This document shows, piece after piece, positions 20,521 through 31,288 of a stretch of 64,000 nt of DNA. The position numbers and the translations under genes are program-made. Each line of letters starts with the position of its first letter. Position 1 is the stretch's first letter. Source of the DNA: a virus. The stretch is taken from the IMG/VR virus record IMGVR_UViG_3300020055_000012, positions 1 through 64,000 of that record; one strand, given 5' to 3'. The notes under the pieces were generated by a model. It was given only the letters and a program-made list of their open reading frames with translations, did no database searches and was not told the origin of the DNA.

Positions 20521-22509
20521 TTATTTAAATAATATTTTAACAACTCCATAACTTCCGTCATAAGGTTTTTTGTTTTCTAAAACATAATAATCGTTTCCAT
20601 TTATTGCCATTCCATTAGAATCAGCACTAACTGTTGCTCCTGTTATTTGTTCAGAAGTTCTTACATTTAATTTACCTAATAAACCAATTGGAGACCACTC
20701 TTTTCTTTCTTCTCTAGATAAATAATTTCTTTCTGGGTCATAATTTGGATTTATTATAGGAATACTTTTGTTTTCTACGAAGCTTTTCCTACTTATATCT
20801 CCACTATATAAAGTTCCTGGTACGTTTGTTGGATTAGGTGGCTCACTATAAACTTTATCATTAGAGTCTATATATATTTCTAATTCTTCATCCTCTAATT
20901 TGTAAATTTTATAATTATCATATACTCTATTGCTCCACTCATCTGTTATATACATTTCTTTCCACTTAAAACTAGCAGCATCACCAACAACAGCAGGAGT
21001 GGCTGATACAACTCCTACAATATTACTATTTCCTATCTCTACCTTTTCACCAATTAAAGAAGTAAAATAACCAACTCTATCTTCATCAGAAGGGTTTCCA
21101 TCGTTCCACTCAAAATATTCAGCATAATCGGCAGGAGCACCAGCATCAGCAGTACCTGTAAAATAACCTTGACCTACCGTTCCGTTGAATGCTACTTTAT
21201 TGTTGGTTGTTGATGGAGTGTTAGGAAGTACATCATCATATGCAAGCAACCAAGTGTTTCCACTAAATTGTTTATTTTTACCACCAGAACCCATAAGAAC
21301 AAAATTTCCTACTATACCACCACCACCAAAACCTTCAATTTTATTGTCGTAACCTCCTATTATTGCTGAATGTTGAATTGTATATTGAGAAGATGAATTT
21401 TTTTGACCTATTGTATTGCTAACTCCACCAATTATTGCACATTCTGTTACACCATAACCAAGTAAAGATTTTTGCGCTATAGTGTTTCCACTTCCTCCTA
21501 TTATTGCACTGTTATCAGTTCCAATAATTTCATTTCTTTGACCTGCTACTAAAACAACGTTTTCCGCATGCGCATTAGATATACCAGTAATTTCATTTGA
21601 TATAGCATTATTTGCTCCACCAATAATAGCTGAATTTTCAGAAGAAATATCTCCAGAAGAAGCAGGAGTTATACTACTACTATTTGAAGAGATAATTGAA
21701 CTAGTTAATCCTCCACTTATAATAGAATCTCTAGAGCTTATAATAGAAGAGGTTGTAGAACCAGATAATTTATTTCTGTAATCAATAACAGCGACAGCAT
21801 CACTACCTCCACCTACAATTATAGAGCCACCAGAATTTTCTATAATATTCTCAGAACCTGATATTATACCTGAACTTTCTACATAGCTATCATTTACAAT
21901 TCTTGTACCGCCAGCAGCAAAGTAAGTACCACCAACAATAAAACTATATTCAGAGTTTACAATATCAGAAAAAGGACCCGGTGATATCATAATATTTGCT
22001 GCTTCTGTTTTTCCAGCAAAAGGAGAAGTAATAGATTGACCTTGTTTAGAACCTCCAAAAATACCACTATTAAAAGTATCTACAGTTCTATTAAGCCCTC
22101 CTAATAATACAGAAGTTCCACCACTAGCTATATGATTGCCTCCATCAGCTTCGCCAAAACAAAAAGAAGTTACTCCTGTTGCTTGCAAAGAATCTACACC
22201 GTTATCAGGACCACCTCCTGCAAAAGATTGGTCACCTGTTGCCTCAGCTCCATAACCAAAAGCCCAAGAAGCAATACCGCTTGACAATGTATCTCGTCCT
22301 TGAGCATGGGAGTTTCTATTTGTAGCATCTGTTCCTGAGCCAAATGCTGTAGAACCATCACCACTGGCTAAATTTGCTGGCGAAGCTATTTGCTCAATAG
22401 AATTTACCCCAGTACCTCTTTCAAAAACATATGACGCAGCATCATTGGCATCATTAATTTTAATTCTACCTTCATTTACATTATCACCAGTTAATATTAG
22501 TTCTGACAT
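20521..22509 (-). CDS. Tail spike/appendage with a Peptidase_G2-type domain (paralog 1)
   Basis: Same architecture, with YadA-head-like repeats near the N-terminus. Confidence 0.75.
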   Translation of the reverse strand: MSELILTGDNVNEGRIKINDANDAASYVFERGTGVNSIEQIASPANLASGDGSTAFGSGTDATNRNSHAQGRDTLSSGIASWAFGYGAEATGDQSFAGGGPDNGVDSLQATGVTSFCFGEADGGNHIASGGTSVLLGGLNRTVDTFNSGIFGGSKQGQSITSPFAGKTEAANIMISPGPFSDIVNSEYSFIVGGTYFAAGGTRIVNDSYVESSGIISGSENIIENSGGSIIVGGGSDAVAVIDYRNKLSGSTTSSIISSRDSIISGGLTSSIISSNSSSITPASSGDISSENSAIIGGANNAISNEITGISNAHAENVVLVAGQRNEIIGTDNSAIIGGSGNTIAQKSLLGYGVTECAIIGGVSNTIGQKNSSSQYTIQHSAIIGGYDNKIEGFGGGGIVGNFVLMGSGGKNKQFSGNTWLLAYDDVLPNTPSTTNNKVAFNGTVGQGYFTGTADAGAPADYAEYFEWNDGNPSDEDRVGYFTSLIGEKVEIGNSNIVGVVSATPAVVGDAASFKWKEMYITDEWSNRVYDNYKIYKLEDEELEIYIDSNDKVYSEPPNPTNVPGTLYSGDISRKSFVENKSIPIINPNYDPERNYLSREERKEWSPIGLLGKLNVRTSEQITGATVSADSNGMAINGNDYYVLENKKPYDGSYGVVKILFK

Positions 22510-22586
22510 TTATTATTCTTTTTTATATAAATATTACTATCTATTTTTAATCTATTAATTTATTTACATAATTTAAAATGTAAATA

Positions 22587-24083
22587 CTATACAAAAATAC
22601 AATCTCCCACATCTGCAAAGGTTGTTCCTGTGCTACCCCACAATAAGTTTATTGTTAATTCAAGACCTGTTGTGTCTCCATCTATATCATAAGGTTGTGG
22701 TGTATCAGCATAACCAGGTTTTGTAACAGTAACTATACCAGCACCACCAGCAACATTGTTTACAGTATAATTACCATTAGAATCTGTAATTGCAGAGAAG
22801 CTTGTACCAGCACCACCACCTAAAGGCTCATTAGTTCCTGCTGAAATTGTAGTATCAGTTGTTGTATCAACTCCAACTTCTAAAACTGAAGTTGTTAATT
22901 GAACTGTAAATGTAACAGTAGCGCCAGAAACAGGACAACCATAGTTGTAGTCTTGGTAAACAGTTCCTTGAACTGTGTAAATTCCATCAGTATCTGTTAT
23001 AGCCGTTTCGTTTCTACCCCAGTTAGTTACGCTTTGTTTTACTCCAAATAAATTAATAACTTCTTTTGTGTTTCCAAGCCTATACAAAAAAGAAGAGTCA
23101 GGACTTAAAGTAACAGAAAATGTTCTTACAAAATCAGCTATACCTTCTTGTTTAGGTATATTAAAAGTACTAGCTCCTGTAAAAGTAGCATCTGTTAAAT
23201 CGTATGTAACTTGTAATTTATAATAATCTCCATCTGAAACGTTATTAAAACTAAAGATAGGAGAAAAAGTATCTAATTGACCTATTACGGTAGGACCTCC
23301 GTCTACCACATCTATATTTGGTTTTTGAGGAGCTGAAAAATAAGTAAAAGTAGCACCATTTGTTGTTAATCCTGAAAAAGTTCCTCCACTAATTATTGTT
23401 TGGTCTTTTTCTGTAGTAACTAAAAAGTTTCCATCTGAATTAAGACCAGAATATGAAAAGTCTACAGCAGAACCTCCGCTTAAAATTTTAAAACCACCTA
23501 AAGTCTTATCTCTTTCTTGTATAAATTCATATCTAGTATCTATAAAGTATTGAGCTTTATCTAAAAGCAGCTGTTCCGCAAAACTATTTGCTGGTTTTAC
23601 TATTTCAGGAAGAGTAAGAATATGAGTAGGAGTAGATATAGTATCTCCTGTTTCGTATAATGTTACTAAAGGAGTTCCTAACAAAGATGAAATGGTTTCT
23701 TTTGTTGGAGTAAAACCAGTAGAACCAGTAAAACTATTTATTTCATCTCCATCTTCATCTAAGTTTTGAACAACAAAATCATAAGTTGGAAAATCAACTC
23801 TGTATATATCATAAACAACATTTGTAATTCCTGAAAAAGAACTAGTATTTGCAGTATAATTGTATGTTAATGATTTTTGATTGTTTACATTTACAGAAAT
23901 ACCATCAACTACCTGTTGATAATATTTAAAAGTAGCACCTTGAAGATTGTACAAAGGCAAATTAAAAACTTTTGGCTCAACAGGTGGTTCAAATATTTTT
24001 GGTATAGTATTTTGTATAAATACTTGTGAAATACCATCGTTTTCACCAATAGTCCTAGATGTTATTACTTTATTTATTGACAT
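22587..24083 (-). CDS. Virion protein with a C-terminal prealbumin-like domain
   Basis: PVSGATVT...TDSNGNYTVNNV...VTKPGY. Confidence 0.5.
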   Translation of the reverse strand: MSINKVITSRTIGENDGISQVFIQNTIPKIFEPPVEPKVFNLPLYNLQGATFKYYQQVVDGISVNVNNQKSLTYNYTANTSSFSGITNVVYDIYRVDFPTYDFVVQNLDEDGDEINSFTGSTGFTPTKETISSLLGTPLVTLYETGDTISTPTHILTLPEIVKPANSFAEQLLLDKAQYFIDTRYEFIQERDKTLGGFKILSGGSAVDFSYSGLNSDGNFLVTTEKDQTIISGGTFSGLTTNGATFTYFSAPQKPNIDVVDGGPTVIGQLDTFSPIFSFNNVSDGDYYKLQVTYDLTDATFTGASTFNIPKQEGIADFVRTFSVTLSPDSSFLYRLGNTKEVINLFGVKQSVTNWGRNETAITDTDGIYTVQGTVYQDYNYGCPVSGATVTFTVQLTTSVLEVGVDTTTDTTISAGTNEPLGGGAGTSFSAITDSNGNYTVNNVAGGAGIVTVTKPGYADTPQPYDIDGDTTGLELTINLLWGSTGTTFADVGDCIFV

Positions 24084-24084
24084 A

Positions 24085-26616
24085 TTATTCTGGGTAAATT
24101 ATTGGTGTTAGCTGTGGAGGGTCTGCATAAGGTGTTGTGTTTAAATCTTCTTCAAATATACTTCCTGTAGCGTTTGCTAAATTTGTATTAGGCTCTAAAG
24201 ATGTAGGTAATGTAACTTCGAAATTAGAAATGTCAACAGTTCCTTCTGGATTTTCTGGTATTATTGCAGTTAAGTTATGAGTGTTAATTTCTTCGTCAAA
24301 ATTATTCTCTAAACTTACAGTAAAATCTGCAGCTTGTACAGTAGGCTCAAAAACAGGAGGTATATCTACTTTAAATTCAGAACCATCATTTATCCCAGGT
24401 CTATAAATAAATCTATGCCTATTAAATTCTGTATTTTTATAAACAGTACCATAAGAGTTTAGTATACTTGTTGAAGGTATAAAGAAAGGAACTAAATTTT
24501 GAAAATTCCTTTCTAGTAAATTTAAAAACTTTTCTAACTTTCTAAAAGTTAATCTATTAGACATGTTAGCATCTAAAAGCATATAAGTTATATAAATTTT
24601 CTTTAAATCCCTATAAGTACCAGTATGACCTTGTTGCCAGCCTAAAGTTTTTCTATTTCTTGGGTCTACATTTCTAGCATAAATATATTCTAACCAGTTT
24701 TGTATTGTCATTGCACTCATGTTAGGAGGAAAAACATCTTCTAACTCTTCTACTTGCCATTCAAAAGGAACTGTTAAGGCAGAAAAAACAGGAGCCAAGC
24801 TTCCCCATCCCCACCATCCATATCCTAATTCATACCAATCCATTACATCACATTCGATAGCTCTAGAAGACCTAAGGTCTACGTTAATTTCTTTTGTGTT
24901 TACTATATTTCTGGTATTACCTGATTTAATTTTTAGATTATCAACTTTTAGTGTTGGGTCAAATTCAGCCCCTAAGCTTTCTATAAAAAATTGCCCATCA
25001 CCTCTTCCTTTTCCTCCTAATTGGAATGGGGTTGAGTTTACATCTGGATAACCATCTGCCAATTGAGATGCGCCATCTATTAAAGTTCCATCTTCATCTA
25101 CAGCGCTATTATCTAAATTAAGCGAAGAAGTGATACTTCCACTACCGTCAACACCACCTTCTCCATCTCCTTCTAAGCTATCTAAAGCATTTGAAAGTAA
25201 ATTTTCTTGTACTTGTTTAACTTCATAAATAAATTCTTCTAAATTAAACAAACAATCCGGGGCTCCTAATAACTTAAAAATAAAATTTAAAGCATCTCTA
25301 GTTCCTCTTTTTTTGTAAAGCCAAACTATATTGTTTAACATTCTCCTCCAAAGCTCTAAATTATAATCATCATAAGACCTGCCCGTTTCATCAACCTCAC
25401 CAGCTAAATAATCTAGTATATTTTCACTACTAAAAGCGTTTGGCAATTTTGCTCCTAAAAGATTTGCTAATCTTACAACAAATTTATTAGGTATACTTTC
25501 AGAACCGTCATAACTAATTGAGTGTGCATAAGCTAAACCGTCTATATACTGTTTAATTTTATCAAACTCTTCTGCATATGTTATTGTTAGCTTTCTATAT
25601 ATTTGATTTTCTGAATCTAAATTAACAAAGTTTTCAGGAAGCATAGTCCTGAGCATTATGTCTGTTTTTTCTTGGTCAACACTTCTTGCTGAATTTAATA
25701 TAGAAGTTGCATAATTTTCAAATTCAAAACCATAACTATTTGGAGCAAAACCATCTATTGTTCTAGGCCAAGTAAATGTAACTCTCTCATAAGTATCAGT
25801 ATCTGGGCTTGGAACTAAAAAATTTCCACTATTAAGCAGTTGTTCTTCTAGATTAGAAATTGTTTTTTTGTACTGACCATATCTTGCTCTTGTAGGTCTT
25901 ATATATAATGGATAAGAAAATTCAGTAGAAGTAATAGGTTCTTCTGGGAGTAATATTCCTTCAATTGTAAATTCAAAATAATTTCCAAGAGAATAATTAT
26001 AAGAAATTATTTTGTGTATTACATTAACAAAAGTATCCCCAGTTATTGTACTTTGCGAATCTCCACTTAATTGAATTGCAAACTTATCGGTATCATTAAA
26101 TAAGTCAATTTCCATTTCGCTTTGTTCTGTACGACCAGAAACATATATAATGTTACCTTGGTTTGTAATTGAAGAAAAAGCAACTTTAAAGCTAGAAAAG
26201 TTTTGAACTAAATCGTGTGAATAATCATATATTGTTACTCCACTTGAAATCGATTGAGATAAAAAAGCATATGGAAAATTGTCTACTATACTATTTATAG
26301 CGTTTGCAACTTTTGTATAAAATGAACCAAAATAAGCATAACTTGTTGGCTCTTCTGGATTTAGGTTTAATTCATTTTCTTTTGTATTAACAATTCTTAA
26401 AACATCAAAATCTGTAGAATCTGAATTATTTATATTATAATATGAACTAAAAGATAGTTGTGAATCAGTATTATCTAAAAAGTTTTGCTGTACATCCCTA
26501 TCTAGCCTAAAATTACCAAAAGTAAAAACAGATTCAGAATTTGTAGCAGCGAACCTAACGTCCCTACCAGGTGTAGGATTTACATCCAAAGTTGTACCTG
26601 TATTTATAGATGCCAT
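24085..26616 (-). CDS. Baseplate/tail protein (phage tail I/gp7-like region)
   Basis: LANLLG...LWRRMLNNIVWLYKKRGTRDAL...LLG motif. Confidence 0.55.
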   Translation of the reverse strand: MASINTGTTLDVNPTPGRDVRFAATNSESVFTFGNFRLDRDVQQNFLDNTDSQLSFSSYYNINNSDSTDFDVLRIVNTKENELNLNPEEPTSYAYFGSFYTKVANAINSIVDNFPYAFLSQSISSGVTIYDYSHDLVQNFSSFKVAFSSITNQGNIIYVSGRTEQSEMEIDLFNDTDKFAIQLSGDSQSTITGDTFVNVIHKIISYNYSLGNYFEFTIEGILLPEEPITSTEFSYPLYIRPTRARYGQYKKTISNLEEQLLNSGNFLVPSPDTDTYERVTFTWPRTIDGFAPNSYGFEFENYATSILNSARSVDQEKTDIMLRTMLPENFVNLDSENQIYRKLTITYAEEFDKIKQYIDGLAYAHSISYDGSESIPNKFVVRLANLLGAKLPNAFSSENILDYLAGEVDETGRSYDDYNLELWRRMLNNIVWLYKKRGTRDALNFIFKLLGAPDCLFNLEEFIYEVKQVQENLLSNALDSLEGDGEGGVDGSGSITSSLNLDNSAVDEDGTLIDGASQLADGYPDVNSTPFQLGGKGRGDGQFFIESLGAEFDPTLKVDNLKIKSGNTRNIVNTKEINVDLRSSRAIECDVMDWYELGYGWWGWGSLAPVFSALTVPFEWQVEELEDVFPPNMSAMTIQNWLEYIYARNVDPRNRKTLGWQQGHTGTYRDLKKIYITYMLLDANMSNRLTFRKLEKFLNLLERNFQNLVPFFIPSTSILNSYGTVYKNTEFNRHRFIYRPGINDGSEFKVDIPPVFEPTVQAADFTVSLENNFDEEINTHNLTAIIPENPEGTVDISNFEVTLPTSLEPNTNLANATGSIFEEDLNTTPYADPPQLTPIIYPE

Positions 26617-26798
26617 TTATAAAACTTTTTTTTAATAAATATTACAGCAAAAAAAGTTATAAAATTATTTCTATTTTTTTTTATAATCTATTTATTGCTA
26701 AGGAAATTATTTTTTTTTAAAATATTATGTAATCAAAAGTTTACTTTAATAGTTTAGAAATTATATTATACTAAATTCCTTAAAAGAGTAAATAGAAA

Positions 26799-28847
26799 AT
26801 GGGATATATTTTAAATGAGCCTAAAACATTTATAAATGTTAAGCTAACAGATGAAGGTAGGAGACAACTTTCTTTAGGAAGTCTTAACTTTACTAGCGCA
26901 GTTCTTTCTGATAGAGAGATAAACTACGGTATAGATAGAACTGAAAAATATGATATATCTAATAATAGAATAATATCACCAGTAGACACCGAACCTGGAA
27001 TATCAATAAATTTTGACAATACTGACGCAATACCTTTGGAGGGAAATCAGTTAGTATCTGCAAAACAATTTGCAACAGGAGCAACTGGTAGTTATGGAAT
27101 GTTTACTGGCGTAACTATAAGTAGTGCAACAACTGCAATAGATACAACAAAAATATTAGGAAGCAATTTTAATACAATCACATATACTTCTTCACCTATG
27201 AGTGGAGGAACTTCTGTTGTATTAGATAACCCAGGAGGTTCATATTTTCCAAGTGCAGGAGATTTAGTTTTTATACCTTGGGAGCCAATACAAAATAGTG
27301 GAGCAACTTATACAAGTGCAGTAGTTCCATCTGGAAATCCTACAGTTTCTTTATGGTATAGAGTTACTGCAACAAGCGGTTCTGACACAATGTTTTTAGA
27401 TAGACCTACTCCTGATTTTGCTTCAGAAGCTAATGCTCAAACTATAAATGCATATTTTTATCCATATAATGGAGTAGAAACTTATTATGGAACTGGTTCA
27501 ACTGTTGACCCTCAAGTTTGGAATATGAACATAGTTAGAACTCAAAGCATAGAAGGTACTCCAATTTCAGCTAGTGGCTATACTTCATATGGCTCTATAG
27601 AATATAATGGAACTAAAGCTTATTTAGGTTTTGGTGGAAATATAAATGCTGTTGGAGTGTTACATTATACAAATGAGTTTACTGGAAATACTTATGCAGA
27701 ACAGTTTGTTGAAAAGTCAGTAAGAGTTGACTTGCCTTATATTATGTGGCACAATTCAGCTCAAAATAATGGAGGAGGTTTAAGTTTTGGGGTAACTCTT
27801 TATGACGTTCAGGGGGTAACTACAAACGATGTAATATCAAATAGTACATATAGAGACTTAAGAGATGGGGTGTCAAGTACTAGTAAAATAGTTGGTAGAG
27901 TTTATCATAAATTGAAATTAATAGTTATAACAGATGCTGAACTTTTAACAGCTATGTCATATAAGTCAAATAGAAACTATACTTTACCTGAATTAAATTT
28001 AAATCTATCATCAACTCCAAAGTTTCCGCTTACAACAACACAAGCAAGTGGTTTATGTAAGTCTGGTAAAACTTATTTTGTTACTTATATAACTGAAAGT
28101 AATTCAACATATTCTTCAGGTTCTACATTTGGATATCCTCAATCTTTACATTGTGGATACATACAGCAGATAGATGGAGAAACTGATGATAATGGAAATA
28201 ATCAATATTTAACAGCAACTTTTCCAACTAACTCATTTCCATATTTAAGAAGTAGCTCAAACATGGATGCTTCATCTTCTTTGTCTGGAACTGGTTGGAA
28301 TGCAAATAAAGTACAATTATTAGTAAGCGAACAAGATTTAGGAACAGACACTGAAGTTGTAACTTTAGAAGATGTTGCCCCAACAGAATGGAAGTTAATT
28401 TCATCTTCTGTTGGAAATGGAATATATACAGGAGATACTACAGATTTAACAATAGAGCCAAATAAATTAAATGGTTATCAATTTATAATATCTCAAGAAG
28501 ACTACGATAGTGGTACTACATATGTGTTAGATAGTGTTTTTACAACAAATGATGACAAAAGTTTAACAGGTCTTACGTTTGGGTGTGAATCATTTCTTTT
28601 TGGAAATGTAAAAGCAGATGCTTTATCTACAACTTACAAAACTGTAATAACAACATTTGCTAAAAATGATTCTTTCAATAGCTCAAACAATTCTACATAT
28701 GATGCTAACTTAGACGATAATACTTATATAACAGAAGTTGGAATATTAGACAATGCTGGTAATTTAGTAGCTGCTGGCAAACCTACTTATCCAATAATAA
28801 AAAATGAAGGAAGATTTTTAACCTTCCAATTACAAATAGACTTTTAA
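26799..28847 (+). CDS. Virion structural protein (baseplate/tail-collar-like)
   Basis: N-terminal KLTDEGRRQL and C-terminal YITEVGILD...LVAAGKP. Confidence 0.55.
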   Translation: MGYILNEPKTFINVKLTDEGRRQLSLGSLNFTSAVLSDREINYGIDRTEKYDISNNRIISPVDTEPGISINFDNTDAIPLEGNQLVSAKQFATGATGSYGMFTGVTISSATTAIDTTKILGSNFNTITYTSSPMSGGTSVVLDNPGGSYFPSAGDLVFIPWEPIQNSGATYTSAVVPSGNPTVSLWYRVTATSGSDTMFLDRPTPDFASEANAQTINAYFYPYNGVETYYGTGSTVDPQVWNMNIVRTQSIEGTPISASGYTSYGSIEYNGTKAYLGFGGNINAVGVLHYTNEFTGNTYAEQFVEKSVRVDLPYIMWHNSAQNNGGGLSFGVTLYDVQGVTTNDVISNSTYRDLRDGVSSTSKIVGRVYHKLKLIVITDAELLTAMSYKSNRNYTLPELNLNLSSTPKFPLTTTQASGLCKSGKTYFVTYITESNSTYSSGSTFGYPQSLHCGYIQQIDGETDDNGNNQYLTATFPTNSFPYLRSSSNMDASSSLSGTGWNANKVQLLVSEQDLGTDTEVVTLEDVAPTEWKLISSSVGNGIYTGDTTDLTIEPNKLNGYQFIISQEDYDSGTTYVLDSVFTTNDDKSLTGLTFGCESFLFGNVKADALSTTYKTVITTFAKNDSFNSSNNSTYDANLDDNTYITEVGILDNAGNLVAAGKPTYPIIKNEGRFLTFQLQIDF

Positions 28848-28864
28848 AATAATAAATTAATAAA

Positions 28865-29590
28865 ATGGGAGCAATAACATCAGCAACTACAGTTTACGCA
28901 ACAGCTTACCTAACAGAGTTAGGAAGAAAATACTTATTTCAAGACCAAAACAACCCTAGGTTTGTTGAGTTGTCTGACGGAACTCAAGTGGACAGATTAA
29001 AAGTAGAAAGGTTTTCTTTAGGAGACCCAGATGTAAACTATAAATTACCAGATTTGCCACAATCTGGAGATATTCCTGATTTGTCTGGTGAAAATGAAGG
29101 AAATATAACTGGTGCTAAAGGTAGAACTTTAACAAACTTAATAAGCCCAGGAGATGCGGTTTTAGGTAATGAGTTTGAAACTTTAGAATATACAACTAGT
29201 CAAAGAGATATAGTTGTTGATTTAAATAAAGATTTATCTAAATTACAAACAGTTATAACACAAGAACTTATAACTTTAATTGATAATGAACCTACTTTAG
29301 AAGCTATGTATGACGTTCTTCCAAAAGTGTTTGGGAATTTAGTAATGAAAGATAATGAGTTTGTTATAAATCTTTCAGAACCAGAAGGAGGAAATCCTGG
29401 ATATAGGATGAGAATAATCTATCCAAGCATAGAAGAAGATAGTAATATAGTTACTATACAGTTTGAAACTGCTACTGCAAAAACAGTAAAAAGGAAAGAT
29501 TTTGAAATGATTTCTAAAAAGATTTCTCCTACCAAGTTTGGAGCTAAAACAGTACCAGACCCAAATAACTTATCAGATTTAACAATTTAA
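28865..29590 (+). CDS. Virion structural protein
   Basis: N-terminal LTELGRKYL...FSLGDPDVNY is related to the start of the preceding ORF. Confidence 0.5.
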   Translation: MGAITSATTVYATAYLTELGRKYLFQDQNNPRFVELSDGTQVDRLKVERFSLGDPDVNYKLPDLPQSGDIPDLSGENEGNITGAKGRTLTNLISPGDAVLGNEFETLEYTTSQRDIVVDLNKDLSKLQTVITQELITLIDNEPTLEAMYDVLPKVFGNLVMKDNEFVINLSEPEGGNPGYRMRIIYPSIEEDSNIVTIQFETATAKTVKRKDFEMISKKISPTKFGAKTVPDPNNLSDLTI

Positions 29591-29602
29591 AAAAATAAAA
29601 TT

Positions 29603-30019
29603 ATGTCAAAAAATGTATCACCACCAAGAAAAGTAGCACAAGACTTTAGTCCTACACCTAGAACTAAAAGATTAGGGCCTATACCTGCTTTAAATGATAA
29701 GCCACCAGTGGAACAAGTTGTTTATGATGCAAATCAAAATGTTGTTTATAATGATTGGACAGTAATGAGCAACTTTGACGAAGGACTAAGACAAGCTCTT
29801 ATAAATTGGATAGACACAACAAAAGAAGGAAAAGTAGTTACAAGTACGACTGGCTCAACAAGAAGTAAAACTATTAACTTCCAATTTTATGGAAATCCAT
29901 CTAGAGACATGATAGGAAATGGAGATTTAGGAACTTTCTCATTAAATTTTAAATATACTAGAAGCATTATTAGACCTCTAGCATCAAGACCTGGGGCCGT
30001 TCCTCTTGTAACAAGATAA
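29603..30019 (+). CDS. Hypothetical protein
   Basis: ORF track. Confidence 0.5.
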   Translation: MSKNVSPPRKVAQDFSPTPRTKRLGPIPALNDKPPVEQVVYDANQNVVYNDWTVMSNFDEGLRQALINWIDTTKEGKVVTSTTGSTRSKTINFQFYGNPSRDMIGNGDLGTFSLNFKYTRSIIRPLASRPGAVPLVTR

Positions 30020-30042
30020 ATAAATAATTAAATAATAAAAAA

Positions 30043-31197
30043 ATGATTGCAGATTCTAGATTCACAAAAAAAGTAGACTCATATGTAGCTCTTCAACGAG
30101 AAAGTTCTCGAATAAAAGCTATGTCAGAGACTGAATTGGTATACACATTATGTGACAGAGATGATTTAACTAATAATAAAGGGAATTATTTTATGTCCTT
30201 TAATTTGCCATATAAGACATCAGCACTTCCGACAACTAGTGATATGTCTAAAATATTCCCAGAAATTCAACAGTTAAACGTTGACCAAATTATAATAACT
30301 CCTATACCAGCTAGTGAATATAGTGAGTTTATAGACGGTCAAACTATTAATTTTAGAGTTCCTGTTAGTGGAAGTACAAATCCTAATGCTCTATCAGGAG
30401 TTACATTAATATCTAGTACTTATAGTGCTGAGAAAGCTTTAAAGTCTGAATCAAACATTCTTATAGGAGACAATGTAGTATTTTTATTCTCTGATGATAT
30501 TAACAAGCCATATACTGGTAAAACTAGAAATGAATTAGATGAAGCAATAGATAATTCAACTAACACATCTTGGGACCCTACTGGAGAATATAAAGATAGA
30601 CCTGGGGCTGTTTCTTATACAGAAATAAGAGATTTTTATAACACCGACCAAAGAGCCAGTGCAAATTATGCAGTTACTGTTGATGCTGGTTATCCTGACA
30701 ATAGAAGTGGTTACAATTATGATATACCTTGTGGTTTTGCAGTTTTAGATAAAGGATATGTTGTTATAACTCACCCTCAAATTGTAAATAATTTTCCTTG
30801 GACTTCTGGCTTTACGGCAGACGGTTCAGCTTATGTTGATGATTTTAATGTAGGTAGTAAAACAAAAATACATTTTACTGGGAGTAATTTATCTGATTTA
30901 ACTTCTGAAGGCTCTTTGTTGTCTTTTAAAGATATAGATACATCATTTAAAATGACTTCAGTTTGCTTAGCTTTACCACAAGAATTTTATATATCTAACA
31001 ATAAAACTTGGGATTCCGATAAAGCTTTAGCTCAAATAGAAAGTGAAGAAGGTTTTGTCAATTTTGATTCTATATATGTAACGGAAGTTGGATTATATAA
31101 TCCGTTTGGAGAATTGATAGCTGTGGCAAAATTAAGTGAACCAGTTGAGAAAAACTATGTTAATGCCATAACTTTTGAAATAAACTTAGAAATGTAG
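30043..31197 (+). CDS. Virion structural protein
   Basis: C-terminal YVTEVGLYN...LIAVAKLSEPVEK is paralogous to the end of the 26799 ORF. Confidence 0.55.
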   Translation: MIADSRFTKKVDSYVALQRESSRIKAMSETELVYTLCDRDDLTNNKGNYFMSFNLPYKTSALPTTSDMSKIFPEIQQLNVDQIIITPIPASEYSEFIDGQTINFRVPVSGSTNPNALSGVTLISSTYSAEKALKSESNILIGDNVVFLFSDDINKPYTGKTRNELDEAIDNSTNTSWDPTGEYKDRPGAVSYTEIRDFYNTDQRASANYAVTVDAGYPDNRSGYNYDIPCGFAVLDKGYVVITHPQIVNNFPWTSGFTADGSAYVDDFNVGSKTKIHFTGSNLSDLTSEGSLLSFKDIDTSFKMTSVCLALPQEFYISNNKTWDSDKALAQIESEEGFVNFDSIYVTEVGLYNPFGELIAVAKLSEPVEKNYVNAITFEINLEM

Positions 31198-31218
31198 AAG
31201 TTATAAATTGTAATGTTT

Positions 31219-31246
31219 AAAGCCCGAATTATTTTCGGGCTTTTTT
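31219..31246 (+). terminator. Intrinsic terminator
   Basis: AAAGCCCGAA/TTCGGGCTTT stem followed by a T tract. Confidence 0.8.
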
Positions 31247-31288
31247 ATTTACTTTTTTTTACAAAAATGTATTTTAAAAAATAAAAAA

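Noticed and set aside
16477-22509. Diversity-generating retroelement acting on the spike C-termini
   Set aside because: There is no reverse transcriptase or non-coding template repeat in the window. The similarity is ordinary paralogy of the chaperone domain.
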